A DNA stretch of 46,968 bases, from the IMG/VR virus record IMGVR_UViG_3300020045_002142, positions 1 to 46,968 of that record, one strand, 5' to 3'. The translations under genes were made by a program, and so were the position numbers. Below the pieces are notes generated by a model. The model searched no databases. It saw nothing but the letters and a program-made list of their open reading frames with translations, and had not been told where the DNA came from. Origin of the DNA: a virus (taxonomy: Duplodnaviria > Caudoviricetes). How positions within the stretch are numbered: the first letter of the stretch is position 1; each line of letters starts with the position of its first letter. Shown one piece after another: positions 44,641 through 46,968 of the stretch.

Positions 44641-45093
44641 ATGGCTGTTAAGTACGTCATGGATAAGGACTTAGGCATGAAGAAAATCATGGCTGAGTTT
44701 GAAAAAGCAAACAAGACAGAGTTAATTGTAGGCGTGCTTGAAGGCTCTAAGAATGGCGAGGGTTTTAACATCGCTGAGTATGCCGCAGCCAATGAATATG
44801 GAACTGATAAAATACCATCGCGGCCATTTATGCGAACGGCATTTGATGAAAATAAACCAGGCTATATTAGGTATATGAATAAGATGGTTAAGCAAATTGG
44901 GCAAGTAGCTTTTGCGCAGATGGTTACTACACTTGGCCTAAAAGCTGAAAAAGACATTCAGCAAACTATTACAGGCCGTGACTTTTTGCCTAAATTGGCA
45001 GATAGTACGATCAAGGCTAAAAAGGGCAGCTCTAAAACATTGGTTGACAGTTCTGCAATGGTCAATTCGATTAAACACCTAATCAGAAAATGA
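44641..45093 (+). CDS. Neck/tail completion protein
   Basis: AAANEYGT.KIPSRPFMR, LADSTIKAKKGSSKTLVDSSAMVNSI. Confidence 0.82.
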   Translation: MAVKYVMDKDLGMKKIMAEFEKANKTELIVGVLEGSKNGEGFNIAEYAAANEYGTDKIPSRPFMRTAFDENKPGYIRYMNKMVKQIGQVAFAQMVTTLGLKAEKDIQQTITGRDFLPKLADSTIKAKKGSSKTLVDSSAMVNSIKHLIRK

Positions 45094-45476
45094 GCTTTCG
45101 TAAACCATTTGATGTATTGCATGAATCCGCTGGCGCTTATGTCAGTGGCTTATTTGTGCCTGGTGTGCGTACCGTCTTTGGCATCACAGCCAGCATTCAG
45201 CCAGCGACTGAGCAAGACCTAATTACAGCGCCAGAAGGCCGAAGAATCAGCGATATGGTGAAAATCTATACTAGCGCCAGTCTGCAAGAAGGCGGTGAAG
45301 GTACGGGGTTACAGCCTGACCTGATTGTGTGGCGCGGCTATGCGTATGAGATTAGTTCTATATCTGTACGCCAAATGGATGTGATAAACCATTACAAATG
45401 CTTTGCCATTCGTCGCATGGCAACACCAAACGATTACACGGCTGCATGGGTAGCTGGAACACTTACAAGAGGTTAA
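45090..45476 (+). CDS. Head closure protein
   Basis: GAYVSG.FV.G, ASIQP, PEGRR...VKIYT, DLIVWRG..YEI. Confidence 0.8.
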   Translation: MSFRKPFDVLHESAGAYVSGLFVPGVRTVFGITASIQPATEQDLITAPEGRRISDMVKIYTSASLQEGGEGTGLQPDLIVWRGYAYEISSISVRQMDVINHYKCFAIRRMATPNDYTAAWVAGTLTRG

Positions 45477-45479
45477 TAA

Positions 45480-46067
45480 ATGGCATCTAATATAAATATA
45501 GCTATCCCACCATTGGGAAGTCCAACTACCGCAGGTGTCCGGGCAAACTTCGCATCTGCTAAAACTGAAATTGAAGCGCTTCAGACTCAGATTGGATATG
45601 CTGATTACAACGATGCAGCTACGGCTATCACGCCTATCAGTGTATCGCCTAGCACTTGGACTAAGCTGACTAATAACAAACTCGGACCTAATACTAGATC
45701 ACGATTGCCTAGTGGTGTTACTAATCTGTGGAATTCAACTACTAATCAATTGGCTTTAACCGAGTTACCAATTGATACGATGGTGAATGTGCGAGTTGAT
45801 ATTATCGTTACCACTAGTGCAGCTAATCAAGTTGTAAAATTTGATAATAGGCTTGCAATTGGTACTGCTAGTGAGTTTACTTTAGAGGCTAGCTCTGCAA
45901 CATTTAAAACTGCTGGAGTTCAGAAAATGAGCGTTAATGGCTCGTTTTACATTGGGTCGGATATTGTACGAGTTAATCCCGGCGAGTTTAGATTATGGTC
46001 TGATGCCTCATGTACCGTGGTGGTGAATGGTTGGTATATTTCTGTGATTAAATATTTGGCTGCGTAA
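45480..46067 (+). CDS. Virion protein (possible collar/whisker fibre)
   Basis: N-terminal VRANFASAKTEIEALQ coiled coil plus a beta-sandwich-like domain; inserted in the neck genes. Confidence 0.55.
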   Translation: MASNINIAIPPLGSPTTAGVRANFASAKTEIEALQTQIGYADYNDAATAITPISVSPSTWTKLTNNKLGPNTRSRLPSGVTNLWNSTTNQLALTELPIDTMVNVRVDIIVTTSAANQVVKFDNRLAIGTASEFTLEASSATFKTAGVQKMSVNGSFYIGSDIVRVNPGEFRLWSDASCTVVVNGWYISVIKYLAA

Positions 46068-46600
46068 TGAACGTCAGCACGCTTAAAACCAGGCTTTACA
46101 CGTTGATTCAGCCTATTATTGGCGGTACTGTCATATGGGCTGACCAGACTGGGCCACGACCGCCTTTGCCTTACGCGACAATGCGCTTAGGCGTGATTAC
46201 TACAGTTGGAGAACCGCATTACTCAGACGTTGACGCGGGAGGCTTACAGACCGTTCTAGCCGTGCGTGAAAGTGTTTTAAACATCAATCGTTTTGGCGTC
46301 GATAGCGTGGCGACTGTTGAGACATTCTCAGATAAATTATTACTGAATTCAAACTTGGATAAGTTTTCAAATAATGAAATATCAGTATTTGATATGTCGG
46401 CAGTGACTGACATTGCACAGCTACTAAATGGCATTGCCATCGAGCCACGGGCCAGCATTGATTTATCACTGCGATGGGAATCAGATCAGACTGATAATGT
46501 CGGGATTATTGATACTGTTGTTAGTAATGGGACTGCCGGGCCAAGTAATACGGCTTTGGACGAAGAGTATATTTTGTCTGTTACGGCGGTAAGGATGTAA
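46067..46600 (+). CDS. Tail terminator/neck protein
   Basis: VIWADQ..PRPPLPYAT, EPRASIDL, DNVGIIDTV; last gene before the sheath on the circle. Confidence 0.78.
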   Translation: MNVSTLKTRLYTLIQPIIGGTVIWADQTGPRPPLPYATMRLGVITTVGEPHYSDVDAGGLQTVLAVRESVLNINRFGVDSVATVETFSDKLLLNSNLDKFSNNEISVFDMSAVTDIAQLLNGIAIEPRASIDLSLRWESDQTDNVGIIDTVVSNGTAGPSNTALDEEYILSVTAVRM

Positions 46601-46604
46601 AGGA

Positions 46605-46624
46605 AAAGGGCCATATGGCCCTTT
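46605..46624. terminator. Bidirectional terminator
   Basis: aaaagggcc-atat-ggcccttt between convergent genes. Confidence 0.7.
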
Positions 46625-46626
46625 AT

Positions 46627-46950
46627 TTAGTCACCGTCACCGTCACCGGAACCGTCACCGTCACCGGAACCGTAACCGGAACCGTAACCGGAACCGTAAC
46701 CGGAACCGTCACCGTCACCGGAACCGGAACCGGAACCGGAACCGGAACTGGAACCGTCACCGTCACCGGAACCGTAACCGTAACCGGAACCGTAACCGGA
46801 ACCGTCACCGTCACCGGAACCGGAACCGGAACCGGAACCGGAACCGTAACCGGAACCGTCACCGTCACCGGAACCGGAACCGGAACCGGAACCGTAACCG
46901 GAACCGTCACCGGAACCGGAAATAAACTTTTTCACTTTATTTTTTTTCAC
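46627..46950 (-). CDS. Gly-X low-complexity repeat protein (X = Ser/Asp/Tyr) with a basic N-terminus
   Basis: GTG start 7 nt after AGGAG, overlapping the end of the DUF6948-like gene; MKKNKVKKFIS followed by 48 dipeptides. Confidence 0.7.
   Translation of the reverse strand: MKKNKVKKFISGSGDGSGYGSGSGSGSGDGDGSGYGSGSGSGSGSGDGDGSGYGSGYGYGSGDGDGSSSGSGSGSGSGDGDGSGYGSGYGSGYGSGDGDGSGDGDGD
46630..46917 (-). repeat. Hexanucleotide tandem repeat, 48 units of GGT-(TCC/GAC/TAC)
   Basis: Direct reading; one AGTTCC variant; higher-order unit GDGDGSGY recurs. Confidence 0.95.
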
Positions 46951-46968
46951 AAATGCTCTCCTGTGAAA
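46848..46968. repeat. 121-bp terminal overlap, identical to 1-121
   Basis: Exact match to the window start. Confidence 0.95.

Noticed and set aside
46623-46910. Alternative-frame ORF (TVPVTV...)
   Set aside because: Any hexamer repeat leaves extra frames open; this one lacks an SD, whereas the Gly-X frame has an SD and coupling.
46630-46917. DGR-derived variation in the GGT-NNC repeat (GAC/TAC/TCC are all adenine variants of AAC)
   Set aside because: Only three codons recur in higher-order blocks, which fits slippage and unequal exchange; no AAC template or RT.
46848-46968. Biological direct terminal repeat
   Set aside because: The 121-bp exact overlap begins inside a tandem repeat and looks like an assembler k-mer overlap; the repeat copy number may also be mis-assembled.
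1-46968. Stop-codon reassignment
   Set aside because: All core genes are full length under the standard code, and all three stop codons are used.

Overview
The window is a complete, circularly assembled ~46.85 kb tailed-phage genome: bases 1-121 are identical to 46848-46968. It is a small myovirus with a DUF1073 portal, DUF2213 protease, DUF2184 capsid, DUF3383 sheath and DUF3277 tube. I found no integrase, CI/Cro pair or DNA polymerase, so it is probably lytic and uses the host replisome; a betaproteobacterial host is an inference. The plus strand carries the primase-helicase, a candidate origin, terminase, head, neck, tail, baseplate and lysis genes. The minus strand carries a 15 kb early/middle region (Sak4-like ATPase, DUF669 SSB, SNF2-methyltransferase fusion, GIY-YIG endonuclease, Cas4-like nuclease, helicase, RuvC-like resolvase, ThyX, MazG-like protein, many small ORFs) plus four minus-strand islands inserted among the morphogenesis genes. 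The most unusual element is a ~480 bp non-coding island (6838-7319) inside the baseplate operon. It holds two tandem units, each a 19-bp hairpin followed by a tRNA-like folded module, joined by mutually exclusive pairings. Its putative promoter closely matches that of a second island encoding a DUF6948-like protein and a (Gly-X)48 repeat protein. Other observations: six genes that appear leaderless, two families of repeated operator-like motifs, an orphan DGR-type DUF1566 gene and a beta-helix spike gene in the head module. All family assignments are by motif recognition and synteny; no searches were run.
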